From assembly GCA_038861545.1 (NCBI GenBank), contig JAWCCZ010000002.1, positions 192,001 through 256,000 of the forward strand: 64,000 nucleotides of DNA, in the 5' to 3' direction. The position numbers and the translations under genes are program-made. Origin of the DNA: Thermofilaceae archaeon (lineage in GTDB: Archaea; Thermoproteota; Thermoprotei; Thermofilales; Thermofilaceae). The notes under the pieces are model-generated. The model made no database searches. It was given only the letters and a program-made list of their open reading frames with translations, and was not told the DNA's origin. Shown in pieces: positions 38,708-48,589 of this stretch (position 1 is the first letter of the stretch; the number at the start of each line of letters is the position of its first letter).

Positions 38708-39251
38708 ACTCCATCTGAACCAAGTGGGGCTTTAATACCCAACACTTACCTTTAAAACCTGCGGTAGTTTAACACTATCAGCCTGGATTAGTAGGCTGAC
38801 TTCAAACCTGTTAACAATCAATTTCCTGAACTTCCTGTTTACAAGCTAGAACTATTGACCTTCATTATATAAATTGATTCAGTACTTAGAGTAGAATGAG
38901 TTGATGAACCGGTTAAGGGCACTACTATCCACATTAGAAAAAGCGGCAATGTTTACAACCGGGCTCGCCTACTTTCATGCAGAGTAGGGGTAAATTACAC
39001 GTTAACTAAGGCTTGAGAGACATGATGATACTAACCGAGAAAAAGAGTAGATAATACTAGAGATTCAGTAACAGGCAGCGAAGTCAGCGTATGGATTTAT
39101 GTTGCAGTTTACAGCATAAGGGGTAGCAACTTTACTGGAGGAGTTGAACTCTACTCGAATTCTCTGACGCCGGTCTAGCGAACAACAACAAATTTGAAAA
39201 TAAAGGAGGCGAATAGTTATCCAGAAACGATTTATGCCCTTTAAGTTAGTG

Positions 39252-40169
39252 TCAGTCTATCAACAAGTGGGCGTATCGGAACATTGAATCAGGTGCAAGC
39301 GTTGCTATAACCTTGCTTCCAGTTTCCTCTGCGACTTTAAGAGCGCCTACGACGTTAGCGCCAGTAGATAATCCACCCAGCACTCCTTCTTCTTTAGCTA
39401 ACCTCAGCATCGTTTCGTAAGCCTTTCGGTAATCTACTTCTACCAATAAGTCTATCAGCCCCGAGTATTTTTCGTAAATAAAGGATACTGTACTTGTAGC
39501 GAGCCCCTCAATTGGTTCGCCGAGCGTTGGACAACCAGTAACTATGGGGGACCCTTTAGGCACAACCCCTACGATTTTAGTTCTCATCCCCTTTTCTCTA
39601 AAAAATTGAGCGACACCGGCTATCGTTCCCGCTGTACCGATTCCCATTACGAAGGCATCAGGCTCACCCCCTAGTTGCGAGTAAAGCTCGGCGGCCGTCG
39701 TCTCGTAGTGGGCTTTCACATTAGCTTCGTTTTCAAACTGGTTAAGAAAAACACAACCCCACTCGGCGGCGAGCCTTTTTGCGACTTTTACCGAGTGCTC
39801 TGGGTGATCAAGAGGGACTCTAGGTGCAAAAACTACTTTAGCTCCGAGGGCTTTAATTATTGAAACCTTAGCTGGAGAAATCCCCTCTTCAACTACTATT
39901 ATCGCATTATAGCCCAACTGTGATGCAAGCCAAGCTACTGAGATAGCAGTGTTCCCGCTCGAGGCTTCAACTATTGTACCTCCTTGCTTTAGCAACCCCT
40001 TCCTCTCGGCTTCCCTTATCATATAGAGGGCAATCCTATCTTTATGGCTTCCAGTGGGGTTCATGTACTCTAGCTTCACGTAGATATGTGCCTTTCCAGG
40101 CGGAATCTTTTGTAGCTTTACCAACGGAGTATTACCGATAAGCTCTACCAAGCTACTATAGAACCTCAT
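39252..40169 (-). CDS. Cysteine synthase / cystathionine beta-synthase family PLP enzyme
   Basis: GNTPLV, NPTGSHKDR, SSGNT and GIGTAGT motifs. Confidence 0.9.
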   Translation of the reverse strand: MRFYSSLVELIGNTPLVKLQKIPPGKAHIYVKLEYMNPTGSHKDRIALYMIREAERKGLLKQGGTIVEASSGNTAISVAWLASQLGYNAIIVVEEGISPAKVSIIKALGAKVVFAPRVPLDHPEHSVKVAKRLAAEWGCVFLNQFENEANVKAHYETTAAELYSQLGGEPDAFVMGIGTAGTIAGVAQFFREKGMRTKIVGVVPKGSPIVTGCPTLGEPIEGLATSTVSFIYEKYSGLIDLLVEVDYRKAYETMLRLAKEEGVLGGLSTGANVVGALKVAEETGSKVIATLAPDSMFRYAHLLID

Positions 40170-40387
40170 AAAGTAACTCTCAATAACACACTTATAAAAC
40201 TTATAAAAAGAAAACAGAGTTCATCTGTAAACACTCTAAACTTTTTACAGTTTCTACAAATCATTTGATTACCATAGCTGAAGGAATGAATGATTTTTCC
40301 AATAGATGAAAAAAAGATTGACTTTAAGCATGTGAATGGAACAGTGAACTAAGCGCGGATATTTTAGCTACCGCAGGTGCTACAGCT

Positions 40388-41494
40388 GTGGAAAATCCGG
40401 TTGAAAATCTTGTATTAGACGTTTTCGAGGGGGCAACGGAGGCCATACCCTTCAATATTCGCCACGAGTACTGGTACCATGTTAACAGGGCAGCAAAAAC
40501 TTTACCGTACGAGTATGAGAGGCTCGACCTACCGGACATTTGCAAATTATGGAACGCTACCTGGAGATGCTACAGTGGCTACTATGTTGAAAGTTGCGTG
40601 AAAGTAGGGTACGAAAATATCGTTTTCAAAACCGAGGTAATTGACAACAGGACTATTACCTCCGTCTTAACCCCTTTTGGCGAGCTAAGAAGAGTGCTCG
40701 CATATGATCAGTACGGGTTATCGGCTCAAACCTTAGAATTCCCCGTTAAAAGTGTCAATGATTTTAGAGCACTCGAATACGTGTTAGGGAGCATTAAAGT
40801 TAAGTTTGACCACGCCGCGTATGAGAAGCTTAAACTACGGGCAGGTTCACAGGGCTTTATCACATACTTTTTCCCACACAGCCCTTTACAGGCATTGTTC
40901 CTTGACTGGGCCGGTATTCCAACTACTGTGAGGTTACTTAGGCTGGAAAGAAAAAGAGTCGAAGAGCTTATGGAAGCTATCCACGAGCACAACTGGGTGT
41001 TTTACAGGGAACTAGCCCGGTCACCTATGAAAATCCTCAACTTGGGGGAGAACATTGATGTAAGAATAACCTCCCCCGAGCTTTTTAGAAGGTACTGTTT
41101 ACCCATTTACGCAGAAGTTGCTGATTACTTACATGGTTATAACAAATATGTTCATATCCATGTTGATGGTTATGCCAAGCAGCTGCTTGCGCTGCTGGGA
41201 GAGACCGGGCTTGATGGAGTAGAGGCTTTAACACCAAAACCGGTTGGTGATTTTACTTTAGAGGAAGCTAAAGATCGAATCGGTGATATGGTGGTGCTAG
41301 ATGGAATACCTTACCTTCTGTTCCTACCTCACCTTGACTTGGAACTATTGAAAAAATTCGTATACAGGATTGTAGAATTATTTAGAAGTCAATTAATCTT
41401 AGGTATCTCTGATGAGCTTCCACCTCCAGCCGACCTGGAAAGGGTAAAGCTAGTTTCTAAAATGCTTGAAGAGTTAAATAGCCGTTCTAGCTAA
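40388..41494 (+). CDS. Uroporphyrinogen decarboxylase family protein (divergent)
   Basis: TPFGEL, EFPVK, SPELFRRY, HIHVDG, EALTPKPVGD and ILGISDELPP motifs. Confidence 0.75.
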   Translation: MENPVENLVLDVFEGATEAIPFNIRHEYWYHVNRAAKTLPYEYERLDLPDICKLWNATWRCYSGYYVESCVKVGYENIVFKTEVIDNRTITSVLTPFGELRRVLAYDQYGLSAQTLEFPVKSVNDFRALEYVLGSIKVKFDHAAYEKLKLRAGSQGFITYFFPHSPLQALFLDWAGIPTTVRLLRLERKRVEELMEAIHEHNWVFYRELARSPMKILNLGENIDVRITSPELFRRYCLPIYAEVADYLHGYNKYVHIHVDGYAKQLLALLGETGLDGVEALTPKPVGDFTLEEAKDRIGDMVVLDGIPYLLFLPHLDLELLKKFVYRIVELFRSQLILGISDELPPPADLERVKLVSKMLEELNSRSS

Positions 41495-41626
41495 TACTCT
41501 CTTAACATAACATTTTCTTGCTACACTATCATCATCTTAGAATGTATAATCAGCATTACTCTTAAAGATTCTTAAAAAAATAATAATAAAATATTTAATA
41601 ATACCCACCGGTACAGTAATCTCGTA

Positions 41627-42400
41627 ATGTCAACAACTGCAAGAAATACAGTTGTCGCGTATCTACTTATAGCCATTATGGCGCTGGTTTTTCCAACCAT
41701 ATTACTGTCTCCACAACCAGACAGCTTTACTGTATATGTTAACCTCTACACTACAGTTACTGCTCTCATAGCAGTGTTACACTGCTTCAGAATACTAGAA
41801 ACATTACACCAAAGCTCCTCTAGCTTAATAAGACCCTGGATCTTCATTACAGCTGGCTTAGCTTTATGGACATCCGCTGAACTCACCTTTTCAACTCACC
41901 TTGTTTTACTAGGGGAAGCTCCACTTCTTTCTTTAGCGGATTTCCTTTGGCTTATAGGTTACCCGTTCCTTTTCCATGGAATCTCAGGGATAGCTAGTCC
42001 GATTTCTAGGTTATTAAGACAAGCTGGACTTAAAAATGGGAAACGAGTTAAATTATTTGTCCATATATTGGTAATTGCATTCATATTCATGATCCTAGCT
42101 GTGCGGAGTCCAATCATCTTGGAAAAAGGTGTTTTAGAGATCATCATGACTTTGTACGTTGTCTTAGACCTTGCGCTTTTAACCTTAGCTTTAAGTACAG
42201 TGACGGTATTTTACCCTGGGTATTACGCATTCCCGCTAACGCTCATCTGCGCTAGCTTTGCAATGTTCGCAGTAAGCGATTTCCTTTACATGATGGCTGG
42301 TGCCTATGAATCAACACTGGCTGATTTGATTTATGCTTTTACCTATGTAACTTTAAACATAGGTCTGTACCTTTACTGGAAAAAAGGATTTTACCCCTAA
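41627..42400 (+). CDS. Stand-alone ~7-TM protein resembling membrane sensor domains
   Basis: W-x-GL-x-LW, LADFLWLIGYP, YVVLDL and SDFLY motifs; no cytoplasmic output domain. Confidence 0.55.
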   Translation: MSTTARNTVVAYLLIAIMALVFPTILLSPQPDSFTVYVNLYTTVTALIAVLHCFRILETLHQSSSSLIRPWIFITAGLALWTSAELTFSTHLVLLGEAPLLSLADFLWLIGYPFLFHGISGIASPISRLLRQAGLKNGKRVKLFVHILVIAFIFMILAVRSPIILEKGVLEIIMTLYVVLDLALLTLALSTVTVFYPGYYAFPLTLICASFAMFAVSDFLYMMAGAYESTLADLIYAFTYVTLNIGLYLYWKKGFYP

Positions 42401-42484
42401 CTAGTAACTCATTACATAGTAGCATATCTAGTAGAGCCTCGGCGACGCTGTTAGCTGTTAACCGCCAATCTTATTAAAAACTCT

Positions 42485-43795
42485 ATGTGGAAAGCATGCA
42501 TGCTTAAGATAGGATTGATTTTCTCTGTAATGCCTAAGGCTACTGCTACATGGCCGTATACGGGTTTCGACTATGAGGCAAGGGTCTCCTACCTTTCTAA
42601 TATGATCCGCGAAAGTTTACCTGGCGTGGAATTCGAAGAACAGATTATAAAAAACCCGAGTGAGTTTAAAGATAACCCATCCATTAGCGCTTACGCAGTA
42701 GTGCTTGTAGGGATCTGGAACGGTGTTCCGGCACGCATCGCTCAAACTGGGAAGCCTACATTACTTATTGATGACCTCTACGGTGGTTCAGGTGAGTTTT
42801 TAGAGACGCTCGCTTGGGCTGGAAGGGAAAGGTTAAAAGTAGCTGGTGTAGCTTCCTCGAATCCTCAGGACATTAAAACGGCTTTATGGGCTTTAACAGC
42901 TGTTAGCGAAGTATCTAGATCCAAGTTACTTATCGTAAAATATATGGAGCATGAAGCCTTTGATAAGATTCGCCTGGTTGTCAAGGAGAGAATCGGCGCC
43001 GAACTAATCCTAGTTAAGCCTGAAGAGCTAATGGTCGAGTATGAAAAAACCAATGAACCCGAGGCAGAGCGTTTAGCCGAGCGTTGGATAACCAGGGCGC
43101 TGGCTGTTGTTGAGCCTCAAAAAGCGGAGATTATAAAGTCGGCAAGGATGTATATAGCTATGAAGAGACTTGTAGAGAAGTATAGTGCGCAGGGTATTAC
43201 CATCGATTGCCTCGGTTTATTCTACGCCGGTAAACTGCCGGCTTATCCGTGCTTAGGCTTTGTTGAACTCCTTAATCAAGGTATAGTGGGGGCATGCGAG
43301 GCAGACATCGACTCGGCTCTCACTCAACTGTTGATACAGTTCGCTACTGGGAGACCTGGCTTTATATCCGATCCCGTGATCGACGTGGGAGCAAAACAAA
43401 TAATCTACGCACATTGTCTCGCACCGACTAAAGTTTACGGTGGCTCAGGGCCAGAAGTGCCGTACAAGATACGATCACATGCAGAGGATAGAGCTGGAGC
43501 CGCGGTACAGGTCTACTGGCCTCCTGGAGAGCCGGTCACTACAGTTAAGCTCAACCTAGAAGAGAGAGCTATAGCAATTCACAGCGGCATTATCTGCGGT
43601 AACGTGGAGGAGGAAAAAGCCTGCAGGACTAAAGTTGCTTCCACCGCCAAAGTTGAAAGTATACTGGATAGCTGGAATCGAGATGCACACTTTGGATGGC
43701 ATAGGGTTTCCGTTGTAGGCGATTATAGAAAATTATTCAAAATAGTAGCCCGCCTACTAGGTTTCAAGGTTATTGAAGAGGATGTCTGCTGTTAG
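42485..43795 (+). CDS. L-fucose/L-arabinose isomerase-like protein
   Basis: TIDCLG, PCLG, CEAD, AHC, SH and CRTK motifs. Confidence 0.75.
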   Translation: MWKACMLKIGLIFSVMPKATATWPYTGFDYEARVSYLSNMIRESLPGVEFEEQIIKNPSEFKDNPSISAYAVVLVGIWNGVPARIAQTGKPTLLIDDLYGGSGEFLETLAWAGRERLKVAGVASSNPQDIKTALWALTAVSEVSRSKLLIVKYMEHEAFDKIRLVVKERIGAELILVKPEELMVEYEKTNEPEAERLAERWITRALAVVEPQKAEIIKSARMYIAMKRLVEKYSAQGITIDCLGLFYAGKLPAYPCLGFVELLNQGIVGACEADIDSALTQLLIQFATGRPGFISDPVIDVGAKQIIYAHCLAPTKVYGGSGPEVPYKIRSHAEDRAGAAVQVYWPPGEPVTTVKLNLEERAIAIHSGIICGNVEEEKACRTKVASTAKVESILDSWNRDAHFGWHRVSVVGDYRKLFKIVARLLGFKVIEEDVCC

Positions 43796-43892
43796 GAAGC
43801 TAAGCACTAGCAGCAGTATCAACATGTGTTCTACAACGGTCAATACTTGTGGTAGCGTGTGAAAGCCTATTACTTGAAGAGAGCCTGAAAGC

Positions 43893-44834
43893 TCAAGGGG
43901 AATTGAGGGGTATCAGAGCTTTCAGCACAGGTTCTATCCATCGGTTGTTCGATATATCGTATAGTATAAAATCGCTGTCGAACTGCCAGTAAGCCCAGCT
44001 CCACCCTAGGCTTTCCGCTGACCTAGCTACGAAACTCAGGTAACGAACACGTGAATCCATCGGGGCTTTATCATAAACCCCAAATTCCCCCAGGAAAACC
44101 GGCCTATCACGAGACTTTGCCCATGACTGAGCTTTGCTGAAAGCTTCTACGATCGCGTTCCTCTCTTCTTCGCTTCCCTTCCACTCGATGCCAACTTTAC
44201 CCTCCAGTCCAGCCCATTTAGCGCCTTGATGGGTGAACTGGAAAGGCTCGTAGTAGTGCACGGTTACAATTATTTTCCGGTCTTCTTCGGGCAGCTCAAG
44301 CTTGTCAAGGTAACTAATGCTGTTCCAGAAAGCCGGTCCTATAATCACGCCTCTATCCGGGTTGGTTTTCCTCACCACTTGCAAGGCCTCTTTGAGGAAA
44401 ATATTCCAGAGCTCTGGCGTCAGTTGGTTATTTGGCTCGTTTAAAAGCTCGAATAAAATTTCCTCCGGATAGTCACTATACCTCTCGCTTACCTGCTTCC
44501 AGAAGGACAGGAACCTATCCTTGAGTTCCAATGGGGCCTTACCCATTGCGATGAACTCGTGGAAGTCTAGAACCGCTAACAATCGGTTATCGAGAGCTTG
44601 TTCAATAGCCCAATCCAGCACGCTGAGCCAGTAGCTTGCGAGGTTTCCATTATCGTCCATCCCTTTGTCCCGGAAGGGGTGTAGACATATCCTCACACTG
44701 CTGAAACCGGTTTCTCTTATCAGCGTAAAATGTTCATCTTTCATCCGGGCTTCACTTTTAGATTTCCAAACAGGGTCATAGCCTAGAATGTTTACACCCC
44801 TCCCCAACCTTTTATTCAACTCGAAAATGTCCAT
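43893..44834 (-). CDS. Glycoside hydrolase family 5 endoglucanase (Thermotoga Cel5A-like), no signal peptide
   Basis: LGRGVN, FELLNEP (acid/base), HYYEPFQFTHQGA, LGEFG (nucleophile) and WAYW; start set at MDIFEL. Confidence 0.9.
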   Translation of the reverse strand: MDIFELNKRLGRGVNILGYDPVWKSKSEARMKDEHFTLIRETGFSSVRICLHPFRDKGMDDNGNLASYWLSVLDWAIEQALDNRLLAVLDFHEFIAMGKAPLELKDRFLSFWKQVSERYSDYPEEILFELLNEPNNQLTPELWNIFLKEALQVVRKTNPDRGVIIGPAFWNSISYLDKLELPEEDRKIIVTVHYYEPFQFTHQGAKWAGLEGKVGIEWKGSEEERNAIVEAFSKAQSWAKSRDRPVFLGEFGVYDKAPMDSRVRYLSFVARSAESLGWSWAYWQFDSDFILYDISNNRWIEPVLKALIPLNSP

Positions 44835-44937
44835 TTCACCCGCCCTCCCCTCCAAGTAGGGATACGGTATTTATCTGTGCGTTCACGCAGCTGCTGCATT
44901 GAAGCGAAATTTATTAGCGTGTATTCGCTCTTCGGGC

Positions 44938-45657
44938 GTGCTTGCGGAAGAGCTTTACCTTATTGACCCCTACTCTAGGAAATGTGAAGCTTGCATCATT
45001 GATATAGAGAGAGTAAAAGGTAAGCGCGCTTATATTACATTAGATAGAACCATCTTTCACCCGCTCAGCGGAGGCCAGCCTTCGGATGAAGGGGTAATCT
45101 CCAATAACTCAGGCGTTTTCGAAGTGAAAAAAGTGATAAGATCTGGTTCGACTATCAGGCACTGGGGCTCGTTAACCAGCGGTGCTTTAAGCGTAGGTGA
45201 TAAAGTAATCTGTGAAATCAATTGGGAGAAGAGGTACAAAGTTATGCGCTTACATACGGCTGGGCATATACTTGACTACGCTATGCTCCAACTTTACGGT
45301 GAGCTCGTAGAGACGCTTAATGCATACCATGGTCCACCAGAATCGTATCTTGAGTATAATGTTGAGGTGGAGCCAAACACCAGGGAACTTGAACGGCTGG
45401 CCAATGAGATCGTGTCACGAGCTCTCTACGTCGTGGTGCATATAATCCCTGCGGAGGAACTGGATAAACATGTGTATAACGCTCCTAACCTTTTAAGGCT
45501 ACCTGAGGCTAGTAAGTACAGGATAGTTGAAATCCCTGGCGTTAACGCGATGCCTTGCACAGGGACACACGTTTTGAACACGAAGGAAGTAGGTAAAGTG
45601 CACATCTTAAGAGTTGAAAAATCTAAAGGATATATGGTGTTTTATGATGTAGAGTAA
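44938..45657 (+). CDS. alaX: Alanyl-tRNA editing protein AlaX-M
   Basis: LDRTIFHP-x-GGQPSD, HTAGH and CTGTH zinc motifs; start set at GTG 44938. Confidence 0.9.
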   Translation: MLAEELYLIDPYSRKCEACIIDIERVKGKRAYITLDRTIFHPLSGGQPSDEGVISNNSGVFEVKKVIRSGSTIRHWGSLTSGALSVGDKVICEINWEKRYKVMRLHTAGHILDYAMLQLYGELVETLNAYHGPPESYLEYNVEVEPNTRELERLANEIVSRALYVVVHIIPAEELDKHVYNAPNLLRLPEASKYRIVEIPGVNAMPCTGTHVLNTKEVGKVHILRVEKSKGYMVFYDVE

Positions 45658-45730
45658 AAGCAGCTGTACTGTTACTAGTGTTGCGAGGGCTCTATAACAT
45701 ACCGAGAGAAGAAGTTGGAGTACATCATTT

Positions 45731-46399
45731 TCAGCAACTCTCTCTAATTATCCTAGCCCTCTTCAAGCACGCTTCAGCCAGTTCCTGCAACTCTGGTTCC
45801 TTGGAGAGCCTTTCAAGGAAGGCTATAGAGCCGCTAGTTTCCTCACAGATACTGGATAGGTGTTTTTTCTTTAAAACTTCGTCGACCATTTTCTCACCCT
45901 GAAGCTTTGGCCCGCCTTCCATGAATCCCTCAGGGTAATACCAGTCTTTTAAACGAATGAAACCCATCAGAAAAAGCTCGAATCCTAATCTAGTTAAAGC
46001 TGGGGGGATTCCCAGCCTTAGAGCTCTGGTTGTCTCAAGATCGTATAAGTACTCGATATACAGTAGATCTCCGCTACCCAAGGTTTCGGCTAAGCTCTTC
46101 AGTAGTTCCCGCTCTAGGTTTGAGCCGGCGAAGCGGAATCGATGTCCACACAGCTCCGCATGCTCCATGACAGCGAATACTTCAACCCAGCGTCCGTAGT
46201 GTGGGGGTCTCCCTCGAAAGCATTTGGCGACGAGCAGCCTTACTCGATCATTGCAACGTTGAAGATGCAGCTCAATGTTAACTTCTTCTCTAAACCTACC
46301 AGGTTTTTCGTCGACGATAAGGGAAAAACCCTGGGGCACAGGCAGCAGCTCCAAGGCTTTTCTGAGCATCTCCATAAATGTGTCTATACCCAGCGACAC
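45731..46399 (-). CDS. DUF1122 family protein
   Basis: F-x-GRPPHY-x-WVE, TRLGFEL and KDWYYPEG-x-EGGPKLQGEK motifs. Confidence 0.8.
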   Translation of the reverse strand: MSLGIDTFMEMLRKALELLPVPQGFSLIVDEKPGRFREEVNIELHLQRCNDRVRLLVAKCFRGRPPHYGRWVEVFAVMEHAELCGHRFRFAGSNLERELLKSLAETLGSGDLLYIEYLYDLETTRALRLGIPPALTRLGFELFLMGFIRLKDWYYPEGFMEGGPKLQGEKMVDEVLKKKHLSSICEETSGSIAFLERLSKEPELQELAEACLKRARIIRESC

Positions 46400-46696
46400 T
46401 ATATTTCTTTTTTCATTACCTGGCTCCTCTACATTTATAGATAACTTAGTTCCGATTAGGTGCTTTGTTTACCAAAACGCCTTCATGACCTATACCTCAC
46501 ACGCCGTATCGCGTAACTCTCCTACACTACTTCCACACTGAGCAATTTCCCTCTAGCGAATGTCCCTTGACTTAACATAATAAGTTCCCGATGAAAGTTG
46601 ATTTTTTCCATCCAATTTAGCTTGATTTCTTAACATATTTACTGCATCGGTAGGTTTATATGGTTAGTTTTTAATAAACTATGAAGAGCAACGTGG

Positions 46697-47182
46697 GTGA
46701 AACATACGAGTGAAATACCGGTTATTTTAGGCAGGTTATCTGAAGCTGAAAGCAATTACGCTGAGGAGCTAAGAAAACTTGCGTCTTCGATACGGTACAC
46801 CGCTGCTTTATCAGCCATTTTCACCGCCTTATCAAAGGATTCAGAAAAGCATGCAGAGTTATACGAGTCTTTGCTTAAAATCATGGGCGAAACCGCTCAA
46901 CCGCGACTCTTCGAAGAAGACTTGAAACTCGTAAGCGATGCAATCGACAGGCATATCGAAACCGAAAAGAAGATGATCGAGGAAAGTAGGAAACTTCTCG
47001 ATAAGATTGAGGACTCCCGTATCAGGTTGCTGTTAGCAGCTATATATGAAGATGAAGTAAAACACCATAAGCTCCTCGTAGATGTTAAGGATAAAATAGC
47101 GAAAATTCAAACATTTACCGAGGAAGAGTTCTGGGATGCAGTATGGAGAGACAGCCCTTGGCATGGAACTCCCGGTGGATAG
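46697..47182 (+). CDS. Ferritin-like (rubrerythrin-type) four-helix protein
   Basis: Paired ExxH-like motifs (DSEKH, DEVKH). Confidence 0.8.
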   Translation: MKHTSEIPVILGRLSEAESNYAEELRKLASSIRYTAALSAIFTALSKDSEKHAELYESLLKIMGETAQPRLFEEDLKLVSDAIDRHIETEKKMIEESRKLLDKIEDSRIRLLLAAIYEDEVKHHKLLVDVKDKIAKIQTFTEEEFWDAVWRDSPWHGTPGG

Positions 47183-47298
47183 CTTAAGCTCTTTAAAATT
47201 TAAACTTTTTATAAAAGGTTTAATTTTTTTTAGGACTACAAATATGAATATTTTCCTTTGATGGTTACTTATTTAAGCTACTTGAAGGATTTCCAAAT

Positions 47299-48576
47299 AT
47301 GGAGAGAATCAGGCTGGTGGTTCTGCTGATATTCTTCAGCTTCTTATTGTTCCATAACGCCGATCGATTCATCATATCGGCTGTAGCTCCGCAGGTTATG
47401 GAAGACTTCAAAGTTGGTTACAGCGAGCTTGGGCTCGTATTCTCTCTAACTGGTTTCGTTGCTGCCGCACTTTACCCTGTGTGGGGCTACCTCTACGACC
47501 GCTATTCGAGAAGGCTTCTAGTCAGCTTAGCGGCTGTGATCTGGGGGGTTACCTCCCTTATCAACGCTTTATCTAAAACCTTCAGTGAATTCTTCGCCAC
47601 GAGAATTTCTACAGCAGTGGATGATGCAGCGCCTCCTGGCATGTCCAGCCTCGTACTTGACTACTATGAGCCGGATAAGAGAGCGAGAGCCATAGGTATT
47701 TTAAATACCACAGGCCCCTTGGGAGCTATAGTTGGCTCTGTGTTATCGTTAAGCCTAGTAGCTGCTGGCCACTCTTGGAGGACAGCCTTCTACATTACTG
47801 GCTCCATCGGAGTACTCTCCGGTGTTTTAACCTACCTACTGGTTAGGGATGTGCCTAGAGGAAGCTCTGAGCCTGAGCTTAAAGGGCTGCTCACTCATGA
47901 AGTATATAGAGCAAAACTCTCGGACCTCCCAAAACTATTGAAAAATTTATCTTTAGCTTTTCTATTCCTCCAAGGATTTTGGGGCGTATTTCCATGGGCT
48001 GCAATAAACTACTGGATTATAACTTACATGCAAGTTGAGCGCGGGATTCCTCCTGATACAGTCATGTATATAATGGTCCTTTGGCTCTTAGCAATGAGCA
48101 TAGGTAACGTGGTAGCCGGTTACGCAGGCGACTACATTTACAGAAAAAGTATCAGGGGAAGAGCAGCTTATGGTGCGGTTATAGTGTTCCTCTCAGCTGT
48201 GCTGATATATATGACTATTAGAGCTATGACATTCGAAGAATTCTTCGCCTATGGGTTGCTTACTGCATTTGTGATACCCCAAGCAGGTCCTCAAGTATCT
48301 GCTATGTGGGGTGATATAGTTGAACCAGAGCTCCGATCGAGCGCTGCTGCTTTCCAGGCTTTCTTCGAGAACGCAGGTAGCAGTGCAGCTCCAGCGATAG
48401 TTGGCTTTTTAGCAGAGAAGTGGGGGCTGGGAAGCTCGATAATGTGGATCAGCTTTTGGACATGGATGCTTTGTTTCGTCTTCTTTTCAGTGCTAGCCTT
48501 TGTGATTCCAAGAGACGTGAAAAAGTTAAGGGAAACACTAAAGCAGCGAGCTGAGAAGCTTAAAAAAGCTGGATAA
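47299..48576 (+). CDS. MFS transporter (Spinster-like)
   Basis: HNADR, GYLYDRYSRR and 12 TMs. Confidence 0.9.
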   Translation: MERIRLVVLLIFFSFLLFHNADRFIISAVAPQVMEDFKVGYSELGLVFSLTGFVAAALYPVWGYLYDRYSRRLLVSLAAVIWGVTSLINALSKTFSEFFATRISTAVDDAAPPGMSSLVLDYYEPDKRARAIGILNTTGPLGAIVGSVLSLSLVAAGHSWRTAFYITGSIGVLSGVLTYLLVRDVPRGSSEPELKGLLTHEVYRAKLSDLPKLLKNLSLAFLFLQGFWGVFPWAAINYWIITYMQVERGIPPDTVMYIMVLWLLAMSIGNVVAGYAGDYIYRKSIRGRAAYGAVIVFLSAVLIYMTIRAMTFEEFFAYGLLTAFVIPQAGPQVSAMWGDIVEPELRSSAAAFQAFFENAGSSAAPAIVGFLAEKWGLGSSIMWISFWTWMLCFVFFSVLAFVIPRDVKKLRETLKQRAEKLKKAG

Positions 48577-48589
48577 AACAGTTCTTCTT

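Noticed and set aside
39020-39170. C/D box sRNA (ATGATGA ... CTGA)
   Set aside because: The boxes are about 140 nt apart, much longer than typical archaeal C/D guides, and there are no clear internal boxes
46697-47182. Ubiquitin-like modifier suggested by the C-terminal GG
   Set aside because: The protein is a helical ferritin-like fold with ExxH motifs, not a beta-grasp
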